Part shown: positions 51,860 through 64,000 of the stretch, piece by piece | How positions within the stretch are numbered: the first letter of the stretch is position 1 | How the letters are laid out: the number at the start of each line of letters is the position of its first letter | Assembly: GCA_951406725.2 (NCBI GenBank) | Contig: OX597815.1 | Coordinates: 22,506,001 to 22,570,000 of the forward strand | Direction of reading: 5' to 3' | Length of the DNA stretch: 64,000 nt | Origin: Octopus vulgaris | Lineage: Eukaryota | Program-made: the position numbers and the translations under genes | Notes under the pieces: model-generated | What the model saw: the letters and a program-made list of their open reading frames with translations, nothing else | Database searches by the model: none | What the model was told of the DNA's origin: nothing

Positions 51860-52641
51860 ATCAGATACTCGTATGACTACTTATGATTTGCATATTTATA
51901 TAGATAAATAATATAACTGTATACAACACAATACTTCATACGTTTTACAGTGTAGTACCCAGTAATACGCTATGAAACACTGCAGATATGTTATTCATTA
52001 ACACTATGATCAAAATCCTATCAATTTACCGAAGAATTATATCACTACGCCATGTAAATCTTAAAGCAATAAAGTGACACGCATTGCGACAAAAGTTCAA
52101 TCTCCTTTATAAACAATGACTCGCTGCTGATACGACAGAAAAAAAAATAAACGATCACAACGAAAGAATAACAATAAGTATTATTGATAAGAAAAAAATA
52201 TATATATTCACCACATTCAACCCCGAACACATCACCTTCTGAAAAAAAAATCTATTTTCTTTGAAAGGAAAGTCTTTAAGTTGTGCAAAATACAAAAACA
52301 TGACCAAATGAGGTATATTTTTAGCGGTGTCCATTTATCAGCCATATCTGCTCCTATGATTAAAGCAATGATGTCAGCTAAATTTTTCCTTACACTATTC
52401 ATTTCACTGGGAAATGCACAAATTCTCCTCAACAATTACTGACCTGGCTAGCAAAGCTATTTATTTTCTTTGCCTTTCATTTACTCTGTTGACAGCTCTA
52501 CTACATATATATATGTCTTACGGTTTATTTGTTCGATATATGCCGCCAGCATATAAATTTGTGTGCGTACATGCATATATATATATATAGACATACATAT
52601 ATCTATAACAATATACATATATTTAGATATATATACGTATG

Positions 52642-52700
<59 letters not shown>

Positions 52701-52820
52701 CATACACACTTATATACCATGCATATACACAGTTTAGATATATTCATTGACGAGAAGCTTTGCAGCTTCGCAGACGTATATGTAGGTTTATGTATGTGTG
52801 TGTGGACAATATATGCATAC

Positions 52821-52872
<52 letters not shown>

Positions 52873-52991
52873 ATGTATACGCCTATATAAATATGTGTGT
52901 ATGTATGTATATATACATAGAGATATATAAATACAGTGATAATGAAAGAGATCTATATCCATATATCAACCATTCTACTTCTCTCTATCTA

Positions 52992-53063
<72 letters not shown>

Positions 53064-53075
53064 ATATAAATATAC

Positions 53076-53138
<63 letters not shown>

Positions 53139-53644
53139 TATGCTCTTATGCTTATAGATATATGTGTGTATGCATATACATGCAAACACGTATACACATA
53201 CACATAGATATATACAAATATATGTATATTCTCTTATACGTATAGCTGTGTTTGTGAGTCTGAGTGATTTCCTCAGTTGTTTCACTCACTTCCATATTTA
53301 TCATGTAGACACATGTCGCAGCTCTTAATATTGCTAACTATTTATCGAACACTTTGAGGCATTATGCCTTAGAATCGATCGGTCGAAATGTGGTCCGATC
53401 GAGTCAAATGTTCAAAAACTCTATATTAAATATTTCTGAGTGTGTATTATGAATGAATTGTCTTACTGTATCGTTTAGTGGCCTCAGTCTTATGGAGGTA
53501 AAGTTACATAAAGTAACGGATATGAACGAGGCAAAGTGCTTTTCTCTTGTTTTGTCCATATGCTTATACACAAGAACGTTAAAATAAATACATACATACA
53601 GACAGACATACATACAGATGTTAAATAGCCGAGTAGATTGGCGA

Positions 53645-53667
53645 GATAGATAGATAAATAGATAGAT

Positions 53668-53729
<62 letters not shown>

Positions 53730-53770
53730 GTAGGTAGGTAGGTAGGTAGGTAGGTAGGTAGGTAGGTAGG

Positions 53771-53866
<96 letters not shown>
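53645..53866. repeat. (GATA)n-(GGTA)n-(GATA)n compound microsatellite
   Basis: Direct inspection. Confidence 0.97.
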
Positions 53867-53867
<1 letters not shown>

Positions 53868-54409
53868 GTGTGTGCATGTGTGTGTAAACGTGTGTGCATG
53901 TGTGTGGAGGTGCACGCGCGTGTGTGTATGCGTGTGTATGTGTGTGTATGTGTACATGCGGTAACATGCTACGTTAAAGATATCATTTTGGCAGTGATAG
54001 TACAATTTATATATAGCTCATGGGAATAAGAGATAATCAGTGATATAAAGATGGGGTGTAAAGAAGAATGCTTATATAGAAGTGGTTGTGAATCACTGAC
54101 ATTGAGGATTCTTCGCATCCTCGAGACATTTATAGTCGTTTTTTCTAACATAAGATAACTTTATCGCTCCCTCGAACATACTTATGATAAAATGTATTCC
54201 ATTTGCGACCATCCTGTCCCATTCTGACGCACGGGGTAGAGAAAACATTAATTTGTATATGTTTGTTACTCAAAGAGCAGCGTGTAACCTGAGTAGGATG
54301 TAGCCGCTGTTTATAACATATCTTAAGACCACGAAGAGGCCGAAAGGCTGAGTGATTGGTCCATATCAATGAGTGCACACATACATATATATACATGCAT
54401 ACATACATG

Positions 54410-54441
<32 letters not shown>

Positions 54442-54579
54442 AAATATTAGGGAATAAATCCAAACTTACAGGGAAAAATCAGATTTATATATGAGAGGTA
54501 TTGGTATCCAGATGACCCAAGGTGGTAGGTAAGGCTATGTAAGTACTATGGATCTTGGCTTTGATGTCTCATTTTAATT

Positions 54580-54644
<65 letters not shown>

Positions 54645-54929
54645 GTATACACGTATATTGGTGTTTGTGGAACTTACATTTCTTGGTGCTGGTTATGTAT
54701 ATATGTTTAAAGCATACATCGTTAAGTCTCATAGCAGCCTTCAATTTGTGGCCGTCCATCTTTTCGCATATCAGGAACTTAATTATCTAATATATTCTTT
54801 CTTGTGAATGTGTAGGGGGTGTGATTTGATTGGTATATCTTGCAAGTCAGCTGACCGTGTAGAGGTGTTGGTAGTCATTGTTGTGGTTTTATCTATTTTA
54901 GCCCTTATCCAACTTCCACACATGCCAGC

Positions 54930-55310
54930 TAAATTTAATTTGTCCTTAGTCGAAAGACACCTGTTGTTAATATCCTGTTATTTGCATTTGTATTTGTGTA
55001 CTATTTCTCCGTTTTTTTCCGTCCTTGTTTTCGTATGCATTCGCTGCTGTCTTCCGAGGAATCTAGAACTTCTAGCTTAGATTTTTTCTTTGGGGCTGGT
55101 CAGATTGGAGCAATCTTGAGTATAACCAGCCGAAATTGCAACGATAATCTAGAACTCGACTGTAGAAAGAAAACTTCGAATGACCCGTTCTTGTTTTTTC
55201 TTGTCTCTTTTTTGCATCATCTGTCTGGATGTTTTGTTGTCCCTTTTTTGTATCATCTAACTGCCTGTATGTTTTGCGTTCTTGTCCCATATTTTGTATT
55301 CCTTTTTATA
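54930..55310. mobile_element. Unclassified repeat family F (uninterrupted copy, inverted relative to 6739-7282)
   Basis: Reverse-complement homology along the whole length. Confidence 0.72.
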
Positions 55311-55316
55311 TAAATA

Positions 55317-55712
55317 CTAGCAGTATCGCCTGGCGTTGCTCGGGTTTGTAAGGGAAATAATTATATAAGCATTTTTAGAGAGTTATAGCCAAAATATAGC
55401 AAAAAAATGCATTAAAAATGGAAACAAAATGATGGTAATTTTTTTTTTAATCGTTGACTCATCGTAGACATTTTTAGAGAGTTACTTCCCTTATATAATA
55501 GCGAAAAATGCATTAAAATGGAAAAAAATGATGGTAAATTATTTTTTAAATCGTAGACTCATCGTACACGCGCTCTAATACCCAGAAGGGCTCGATATGA
55601 ATCACGACTATAAGATACCCGCTTTTGGTTACACTGCACCGCAAAATGTGGGAGTAGTTAGGAATCTAAATCGTAGGAGACAGACACACAACTTGACTTT
55701 TATATATAAAGA
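55317..55712 (-). mobile_element. Non-autonomous Helitron, second subfamily
   Basis: Minus strand 5' TC(tttatatataaaag) and 3' CCCGAGC-AAC-GCCAGG…CTAG, inserted A|T. It shares only the 3' ~120 bp with 10721-11103 and has an internal tandem duplication. Confidence 0.86.
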
Positions 55713-56474
55713 TGATAAACTTGTTCCAACTGCCATCAGAAAATTGTACTGCTATTTACATTTATAGCGACGACGAAGAGGTTCCATGTTGGTTCATGTT
55801 TGATTAAATGCCGTTTTTCCTATGTCTTCCTTTATCTAACATCCTTATAGCGAAAAGCATTCCAGCCGTGACCATCACGTTTCAGTTTCATTCCTAGGGA
55901 CAGGAGTCAGTACTCTGAAACCCATCGTATCGAATATGACTTTTTCGAGAAGTCAGTGAGTTATATGGCAAATATGTGGTTAGTGTTTCTAACATATTTT
56001 TTTCACATGTGAATAACGTGAACCACTTGCAAGCTGCTGCGTTGATTGGTCGAACTGGAAACCTCGTTTTTGTAACCGACAGAGTGCCGTGCCATGACAG
56101 AGATTATTTGTATACATGTGCGTTTTTAATTATATAATCGTCAACCATGGTGTTGTAGATTTATGATCTACGACTTCCAGGTCATAAAGAAGGCCTGCTT
56201 ATCATATGTACAATACAAGATTAAATGAAGAGTCAGAAATACATTTAGGAGAGAAAAACAGAAATCTGTTAACAGAATTTGAAGATTATATGTCTGATCG
56301 CGAAATGAATAATTACTATGGGAGGAATGAAAGAAACAGTGATAACAGTATTATTGGAAAATAGCCGTATTCAATGTGGACTTTGAAGCAGACATCCTGA
56401 AAAGTTTTTTTCTGGATGAGAAACGATCGTACCATTTTGGGCGGAAGTAATGTAAATGGCCTTGAACAAATTAC

Positions 56475-56502
56475 CCGGTTTTGATGTATTCTTATGCTTG
56501 CG
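56475..56502 (-). other. Candidate micro-exon (28 nt; 70 nt with the alternative donor at 56433)
   Basis: Strong acceptor ttgtttctgtctgttgttcctgttctacag| and donor CGG|GTAATT. Confidence 0.2.
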
Positions 56503-56556
56503 CTGTAGAACAGGAACAACAGACAGAAACAATTCCGTTAATACGACATACATCCA

Positions 56557-56634
<78 letters not shown>

Positions 56635-56761
56635 TTGTAGGGTGGCAGTTTCAAACAAGCTATACCCAACAACTGAGAATATAGAGCTCAAAGATTAGTC
56701 GGAAATTTAATCAATAATCGTTAGTTCGGCAAAAGCCATTTTGTTCAATTTAACGATTATG

Positions 56762-56864
<103 letters not shown>

Positions 56865-57020
56865 AGAGAGTTCTTGTTTTACGTTTCGTGCATACCTCTT
56901 CGTCGGAAACAGGAAAAGCAGGAAAGTTCAAAGAGAAAGCAAGAAGAAGGAGGAAAAAACTGGAGTGACCGGAAGTAGAAGGGCAAAAAGAAAGTGCTTT
57001 CTGAGGCAGGAGAGTATGAA
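56865..57020 (-). mobile_element. Penelope-like terminal-repeat family D copy with decayed hammerhead
   Basis: Minus strand TGTTT-CCGACGA-A-GAGG-TAT-GCAC-GAAA-CG-TA-AAACA at 56875-56911; abuts (TA)n. Confidence 0.65.
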
Positions 57021-57270
57021 GATGATCAATATGTGAGTGTTGTGGTAACGTGTTTCTGTGTGTGATACCGTGTGTATGTATGGTAGCGGATGGAACTTAT
57101 GCTTATTTATAGCTCTAGATAGCCCTCACAGGCTGAAAATGGTTTGTAGTGATGATAGCCGTCTAATTAGGTAATTATCTGCTAGCAGCAGTTGAGACAT
57201 CTAGATGTTGAAGTTTGTTTACCTTCTTCTAGTCGAAATTTCTAATCTACAGCTAGAAAAAACAGTGAAT

Positions 57271-57316
<46 letters not shown>

Positions 57317-60300
57317 CAACGGAAGAGTCCACGGTGACTTCGATATTTCAGCTTACTAGCCGTCATCCGACAACCTAATGACGGCTACTCACTGCCAATC
57401 TTTTCCTTCTATAATTAAATAAATATGTGCTCTACTCAACGTATTAGGTGAACCTTCAATTGAATGCTTAAATATAAACAATGTGTGTGTGTGTGTGTGT
57501 ACCTAGTTGTTAAATATTTGCAGCCTACGATTATCATTTCGGCATTTACAAGCTACAGTAGATCCAGTCAATATCAATATACTGTGACCTAACAAGTGAA
57601 TAGGAGTCCTTCGCCAGCTCATTGACTGTGTTAGATATTTGCTCGGTATATCAATCAGCTCGAAATATTTTTATATGCAACCACACTAAATGTTTGTTTT
57701 TCTCCTACAAGTTTCATCTACAATTGTCTAAGGACTAGAGTGAAATCAACTGGATTTATTTGCCAGAAGTGTGGGTGTCAACGAATCCAAAGACTTATTT
57801 TCGATAGATATGATGGTATTGATAATAATGATACGCCACATGAAACAGAAAATCGGCAAATGGCAATGCTGCACACGCTTCTGGAACACGGAGATGCATT
57901 TAGTAGCAGAACATAAACTCGTATTAATCTTTTGAAAATATAGTAATAAATATAGTAATAAATAAAGTACAAAAAAAATGCAGTAAAAAAAAAACAAAAT
58001 AATTAAAAAACAAAGTTCAAAAAGCAACCAAAGAAAACATTATAAATGTATAAATAGAACTAAAAGCATCATAGAGTAAAAAGAAGAAAACAAAAATATT
58101 AATAATTCAACAATATTCAAACTAGTGAGTCATGATTTATTGATAAGTTTGAACCCAGGATATATTCCAAACTGATAGTCTTTCTAATACGATTCTATTG
58201 ATTTATAAAGAAAATTGGCATTTAGGAAAATCCAGTCAATATTTAATTTCTTATTCTCGAATGTCTTTTAATCTAAATGATATTCTTTTCAAAATGTTTC
58301 CCTTTTTCTCGCAAGTGGATGTTGAAATAAGTATAGATGTGTGGTACATATATGTAGAAATAAACGAATATTAGAAACCCCTAAAAATATATTATATGTG
58401 TTTGCCTGCCAATCTGCACATAAGCATGCATACAATATTATACACTGTGTGTATCGCGCAAGTGTCTTTGTGATTATAGCAAAGCTTTGTGATAAAAAGT
58501 TCGTTAAACGAACGATTATGCATCATATTGATTTAATGCCATGTCTTCGTATTCTCTCCTATCTCCTCAGTTCAGTATGGGATATATTGCATTATTTCAT
58601 CACTTATAGGTTAAACAACAAATTTTCCTTATCAATAGGTAAATAGGGGATCCATGCCTATCATGAAATGTTGTATAATTCCCTTTTAATCCAGATTAAT
58701 ATCCTATCTGGATAAATTTTCGATATTAATACATAGATCATTCAGTAAGTATTTTTTTTTTATCATTATATTAAGAGTAAATCAAATATTGTTCTCACAG
58801 AACAGATGTTTAAAAAAAAACCTGTTTTAATATTTGATAAGTGTTGGAAAGGAAGTTAAATATTAAAATAGTTAGACAACTTAATAATTAGACATCTTTC
58901 AAGCTATATATAATATTTTACAGACACTAAAACATAACTTTTGTGAGAAGGAACAGTGGTTATATCTACCCTAGTACTTTTTCTGATACTTTATTTGACG
59001 ACCACGGAAGTATAAAATTCAAAATTGGCAGATTTTTTTAAAACCTCAGAACGTAAATAGCCGTGACTAAAAACCACAAAGCATGGTATCGCACTCTTTA
59101 ACGACTGTGTAGTTCTACCGTTCTTTTCAATCAGTGCATAAGATTTCTCATTGCTAATATTAAAGCTTGCTTCCCTAAATTCAGTATTTGTGAAAAAAAA
59201 AACATGAACGTTTTGAAAATTTTCTTTTTCTAAGAAAACAAATAACAAAAATATGCATCCTATCATCGACAACTGTAGACATCAACATTCAAATACATCA
59301 TCGTGAGAATAACGTTAGAAAGAACGAAAGAAACAAAGAAAATGATCATATATATGAATAGATTCATATATGGCGCACAGATGTGCATACGACTGGATGT
59401 GTTGGAGAGAGAGGTGTATTTCAAATGCCCCGCATAAACTTATGCAGTTTGTATGACAGTTCAAATCAGAGATTATCTTTGAAGCTAAAATAATTCCTGA
59501 GTAAGTATCAAGCCATAAATAAAAGAAAAAATGAATAACTTTAACAAGTGAGTCAAATATCTAAATAAACCAAGCTTATTTGTAAGCATCAACACTCAAT
59601 TTACAGCTCTTCTTTCTCGTGATTAATACAAATGTGGACTAATACTATCTTCACTGTTTTTTTTCTCTCTTTGTTTCTTGCCTTCTACATAATTCTGACT
59701 CTGCGCCAACTTTAACCTGAAATTCTTTTATATTCATCGTTCACTTTATTTCTTTGTTAATTTATTTCTCCAATAATATCATTACTTCTTTCTCATTTCC
59801 TTCCTATAAAATTCTTCTTCATCACTGCTTGTTTATGATGTTTTATATATAATTTGTATTCGATTTTACCCTTATTCATCTTAGTTCTTTTTCCGTAGCT
59901 TTTATTCTTACATCTCAGTTGAGTTTCACTAAGGTTTTTTTGTTGATTATGTTTCTGGTCATTTCTTCATATTCATCATCTTTCTCTTTTTCCTGGTTCT
60001 CATTCCATTTAAATTACTAGTAACATTTCATTTCCTGTTTATACTGCTTTCTTAAACTTGTCATTTTCAATGCAATCCTTTTTATATTACTCTCTATTTT
60101 ATCTGTTTTCATTAGCAATTATAGACTTCTGGAGAATTTTTATGTCTATAAACTGAATTTACCAACATCGTTTTCTTAACAGTTAAGTTGAAATTACAGA
60201 TTCAGTTCTTAGAGATATAATAGGTATTTATATATGTTCTTCCTCTTCGACTGTTTTTACTGCACAAAAATGTATAAAAATGCTTAATTAATGATTGTCT

Positions 60301-60541
60301 TGGCGTAAAACGAAAGCAAACATCTGAAATACTTTATGGTGTGATGCATGATATATATATTTTGGAGTTTGATAAGTATGTATTCACTAAATGTTGTGAT
60401 GAAATCTTTAGATTTTATTTGTCTTTTACAATATTATGTTTGGTATTTTGTAATATAAAAACTATTGTCAAAATGGCTCTGTTATCATAAGATCATTCAC
60501 CTCTAAAACTCTTATTTATTTGTTTTTCTATGGATATATAT

Positions 60542-60770
60542 AGGCAAATCGAAAATAAAAATAAAACAAAGAACAACAACAGTCAAAAAGACGAACACAT
60601 TGAATGTATTAGGTTGATGCTAAGTTTAAGATGGAAAAAAGAGTGGGATGTGACGTTTCGAACATAGCTCTTCGTCAAAAACAAGAGGAATGAGAAAAAG
60701 TCCAGAGAGAAGAAAAGGAATAGTCGGAGAAAAGCACGTGTGTGGTTACACGGCTAAAGTGGCCAGTGTG
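60542..60770 (-). mobile_element. Penelope-like terminal-repeat family D copy with hammerhead-like motif
   Basis: Minus strand TTGACGA-A-GAGC-TAT-GTTC-GAAA-CG-TC at about 60652-60678; starts after a short (TA)n. Confidence 0.68.
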
Positions 60771-61023
60771 TGTATGTTGTAATATCTGTGTACGTGTATG
60801 CTTGAGTTTACGTGAGTGATGTACGTGTGAAGGGATTGGTGCTGACACGTTAGCATCAATGATTAGATTTGGTGGTCAGAAGCGAGGTGACGTGTGAGTG
60901 CGTTGGAGTTGCTGTATATGTACCTATAAGTTTTGCATAAATATATACATACTCAAAGAGAGAAAGAGAGAATGAGAGAGAGAGAGAGTGACAGACATAC
61001 ATACAGACAGATAGATAGATAGG

Positions 61024-61102
<79 letters not shown>

Positions 61103-61140
61103 GATTACGCACATGAAAACAATGTTTTCACAATGTCACA

Positions 61141-61213
<73 letters not shown>

Positions 61214-61747
61214 TGTGCGAGTGTGTCTGTTTGCGTGTTTGTGTGTGAGTGCATGTGCGTGTATGTGTGTGTGTGTGTGTTCGAAGCAATAACCGTTGGT
61301 TAAACAATCAAGAGATTGATATTGTTATTATCACCTTCCTTTATATGAATTTCAAAATACGGATGTGATATAATGAATATGTTATAGTACAATACTAAAC
61401 TTTATATAGAAATAAGTAATATAAACTTGAAATTGCTTTTTGCTTTGTGTAGGTCAAATAATTAACCTATATTTTAAATCTCTTATAAACGTCAATCACT
61501 CTACAACCAATATCAATGCCTTACATTGGCTTAAGGTCACATTTGTATTTTGTATATGAGAATGGCATGGAGGATTGAGAATATCCTAGAAAATACATGA
61601 TATTTATCTTATTGAAATCAGATAGATGAACAAAAAAGTTAATTCCAGGTAATAATTGATGACGAAATCTAGAGAGAGAAGACTTAATATTGTAAGGCAC
61701 TTTAATACTCAGTCGTTTTTGCCATTCTGCCAACCTACATATAACCA

Positions 61748-62146
61748 ATTTCTACTCTTTTATACTCTAGGCACAAGGCCCGAAATTTTGGGGAGAGGGT
61801 CAGTCGATTAGATTGACCCCAGTACACAACTGGTACTTAATTTATCGACCCCGAAAGGATGAAAGGCAAAGTTGACCTTGGCGGAATTTGAACTCAGACT
61901 GTAAAGACAGACGAAATACCTATTTCTTTACTACCCACAAGGGGTTAAACACAGAGAGGACAAACAAGAACAGACAAACGGATTAAGTCGATTATATCGC
62001 TCCCAGTACGTAACTGGTACTTATTTAATCGACCCCGAAAGGATGAAAGGCAAAGTTGACCTCGGCGGAATTTGAACTCATACCGTAAAGACAGACGAAA
62101 TACCGCTAAGCATTTCGTGCTAACGTTTCTGTCAGCTCGCCGCCTT
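61748..62146 (-). mobile_element. Dimeric SINE family B inserted as one unit
   Basis: Same dimer junction as 22113-22516; a single 13-bp TSD CTACAT(A/T)TAACCA at 61735-61747 and 62147-62159. Confidence 0.88.
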
Positions 62147-62209
62147 CTACATTTAACCATAATATTTATACATCACAGCACCACAGTATCGACCAGAAAG
62201 TTAGAAGCT

Positions 62210-63830
62210 ATTATACACCACTGGTCACAATGCGCTTCCAACTGATTTCATTGCGCCATTCTTTTCCATCTTGACCCAAATATTTTGACCAAATCGTCAT
62301 CCCGTCGCCATGGAGACCTTCCAAGAGACTATTTCCGAGTTCTTGGATACCAGTAGGTAACTGCACGGATCCACTTATTGTCTGTGAACCTGACAGCATG
62401 TCCGGTCCAACGGAAGTTGCGCTTTCAGTACACTGCGATCACGTCGTTCACTCTGCACTTTTCTCGAATTACTCTTGAATGTACTCTCATAGTGATGTTC
62501 ATAGCATGGACCTTTCCGTGGCCCTTTGCGACGATGTTCTTTCCGCTTTGTTGTAGCCCTCGTCTCATTTGCGTATACGAGTGCAGGTAGGACGGTGCCA
62601 TGGAAGAGTCTGGCAAGTATGGCATTGGTTAGCTTTGTTTGGAGCACATCCTTAGAGTTAAATTCCTTCCAACTTGCCCTTGTTCTCGTTGAGGTTACAG
62701 CATCCATATCTCAACACATATTTACTGTGCTCTGTGTAGACATCTCCCTTACCTCCTCACTGTCATCGCTTCACACCGCTATTCGGCCTTGTGCTACGTC
62801 TTCTGTCCGGATATATTTTGGTTTGTGTGGTTCAATTTAAGAACCTCTGCAAAGTTCCGAGGATTCAGCTCTGTCAGCAATTTGTGCAAGTGGTCTATGG
62901 TTTCAGCCATGAGTACAAAGTCATCCGTCAATCGGGGATGTGTTGGTTGCTCGCCAATTATGTTCACGCTACCTCTCCAGTTTATGTCCTTGATGACAAT
63001 TTCTAGACATACGGCAAAGAGCTTTGAAAAGATGATATCTCCTTGCTTGACACTCTCCTCAATTTCCTTCTTGGTAGCTTGCTGTAAATATTTCACATCA
63101 AAGACTTTGACACGTTGATTTTTCATTGACATATGCAGAGCTTTTTAATTTGATTGCATTGATCGTGGTCTTTGCCGATAGCAAGCGATGGCCACTATCT
63201 GTGTTGAATAATACTACTACTGAGGCGTCCTACAATATGCATTTATCGACCAGGATGTAGTGAATTTCCTTTTCGTATTGAGAGTTTGGGGCTATACAGG
63301 TCCTACCTCCTTTCAGTTTGCTTCCTGTATAGGCTGTTCGCAATATAAAGTCTTCTTGTTTCTGCCATGTAACCAAACATTCCTCTTTTCTGTTTCTTTT
63401 TCCTGACCCAAACTTACCAAAAATTTCTCTCTTTGTCGTCTTTTACCAATCTTTGCGTTGGAATTCCCCATCACTATGGTGTAAGTGAGTTTGTGAGTTA
63501 GCGCTTTCTTTGCCCCTTGGTAGAATTCTTCCATTCCGTCGTCGTTGCTCGTATTTGTGGACGCGGAGCGTAGGTCTGGATGATCTTCAGAGTGACTTTT
63601 CTTGAGGGACGAATGTTTAACACTCTGATGCGTGATGAAAGCAGTTGTGAAGAAACAATTTTCGAAGCCCATTCTTTACTTACGATGAACCCTATACCGC
63701 TTGTTGCTGTCACAACGCTTCCATCTGTCCATCTCATAATTATATATTTATTTCGACATGCTTCACAGAGGCCTTGCACATCGCATTTGATTTTGTTTTT
63801 CTCTCATTCCAGTTCTCCCTGCAAAAGACC
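62210..63830 (-). pseudogene. Degraded, internally deleted RTE-clade LINE (AP endonuclease plus partial RT)
   Basis: EN: GIGFIVSK…SSRIRVL…KIIQTYAP…EEFY…IVMGNSNAKIG. RT: VKQGDIIFSKLF…LTDDFVL. C-terminus: LFHGTVLPALVYANET…FRWTGHAVR. Confidence 0.88.
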
Positions 63831-63900
63831 TGCTAGTTATAGGTACATATGACATATGACAAGGGCTGTTATTTGATTCTTTTGCGGCCTATTGGCACCT

Positions 63901-64000
63901 GATCCCAGACCGGGCGTTGTGAGTGTTTATTGAGCGAAAACACCTAAAAGCTCCACGAGGCTCCGGCAGGGATGGTGGTGATCCCTGCTGTACTCTTTCA
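63901..64000 (+). mobile_element. SINE family A fragment (5'-truncated, cut by window edge)
   Basis: cccagaccgggcgttgtgagtgtttattgagcgaaaacacct… is the reverse complement of about 13110-13207. Confidence 0.88.

Noticed and set aside
57358-57388. Small perfect hairpin tagccgtcat…atgacggcta
   Set aside because: A single 10-bp stem is within chance expectation for 64 kb, and there is no supporting context.
59580-60240. Strongly strand-asymmetric (T-rich) stretch suggesting a decayed retroelement ORF on the minus strand
   Set aside because: No open frame or diagnostic motif remains.

Overview
This 64-kb window is AT-rich, repeat-saturated eukaryotic DNA. The SINE families and the extreme (TA)n/(TACA)n/(GATA)n density point to an octopus (coleoid cephalopod) genome; this is my inference, not a database result. 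No intact protein-coding gene is visible, and almost every ORF in the supplied track is a translated microsatellite. Recognisable content: three tRNA-derived SINE families (many copies with clean target-site duplications); an internally deleted Ty3/Gypsy LTR element; a full-length but frameshifted mariner; two complementary Tc1 deletion derivatives; non-autonomous Helitrons; RTE, CR1-like and RLE (R4/Dong-like) LINE remnants; and four unrelated long fold-back palindromes. The most interesting signal is a set of short non-coding elements sitting in or beside (TA)n tracts that carry minimal type-I hammerhead-ribozyme motifs of the Penelope-like-element/retrozyme kind. The best example (47343-47384, minus strand) looks complete, has a compensatory U3-A8 core pair, and sits at the tip of a ~130-nt hairpin inside a 284-bp TA-flanked unit. 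A few non-repetitive islands have minus-strand splice signals and may be 5'-UTR or first coding exons of a host gene (low confidence). Coordinates were counted by eye and may be off by a few bases.
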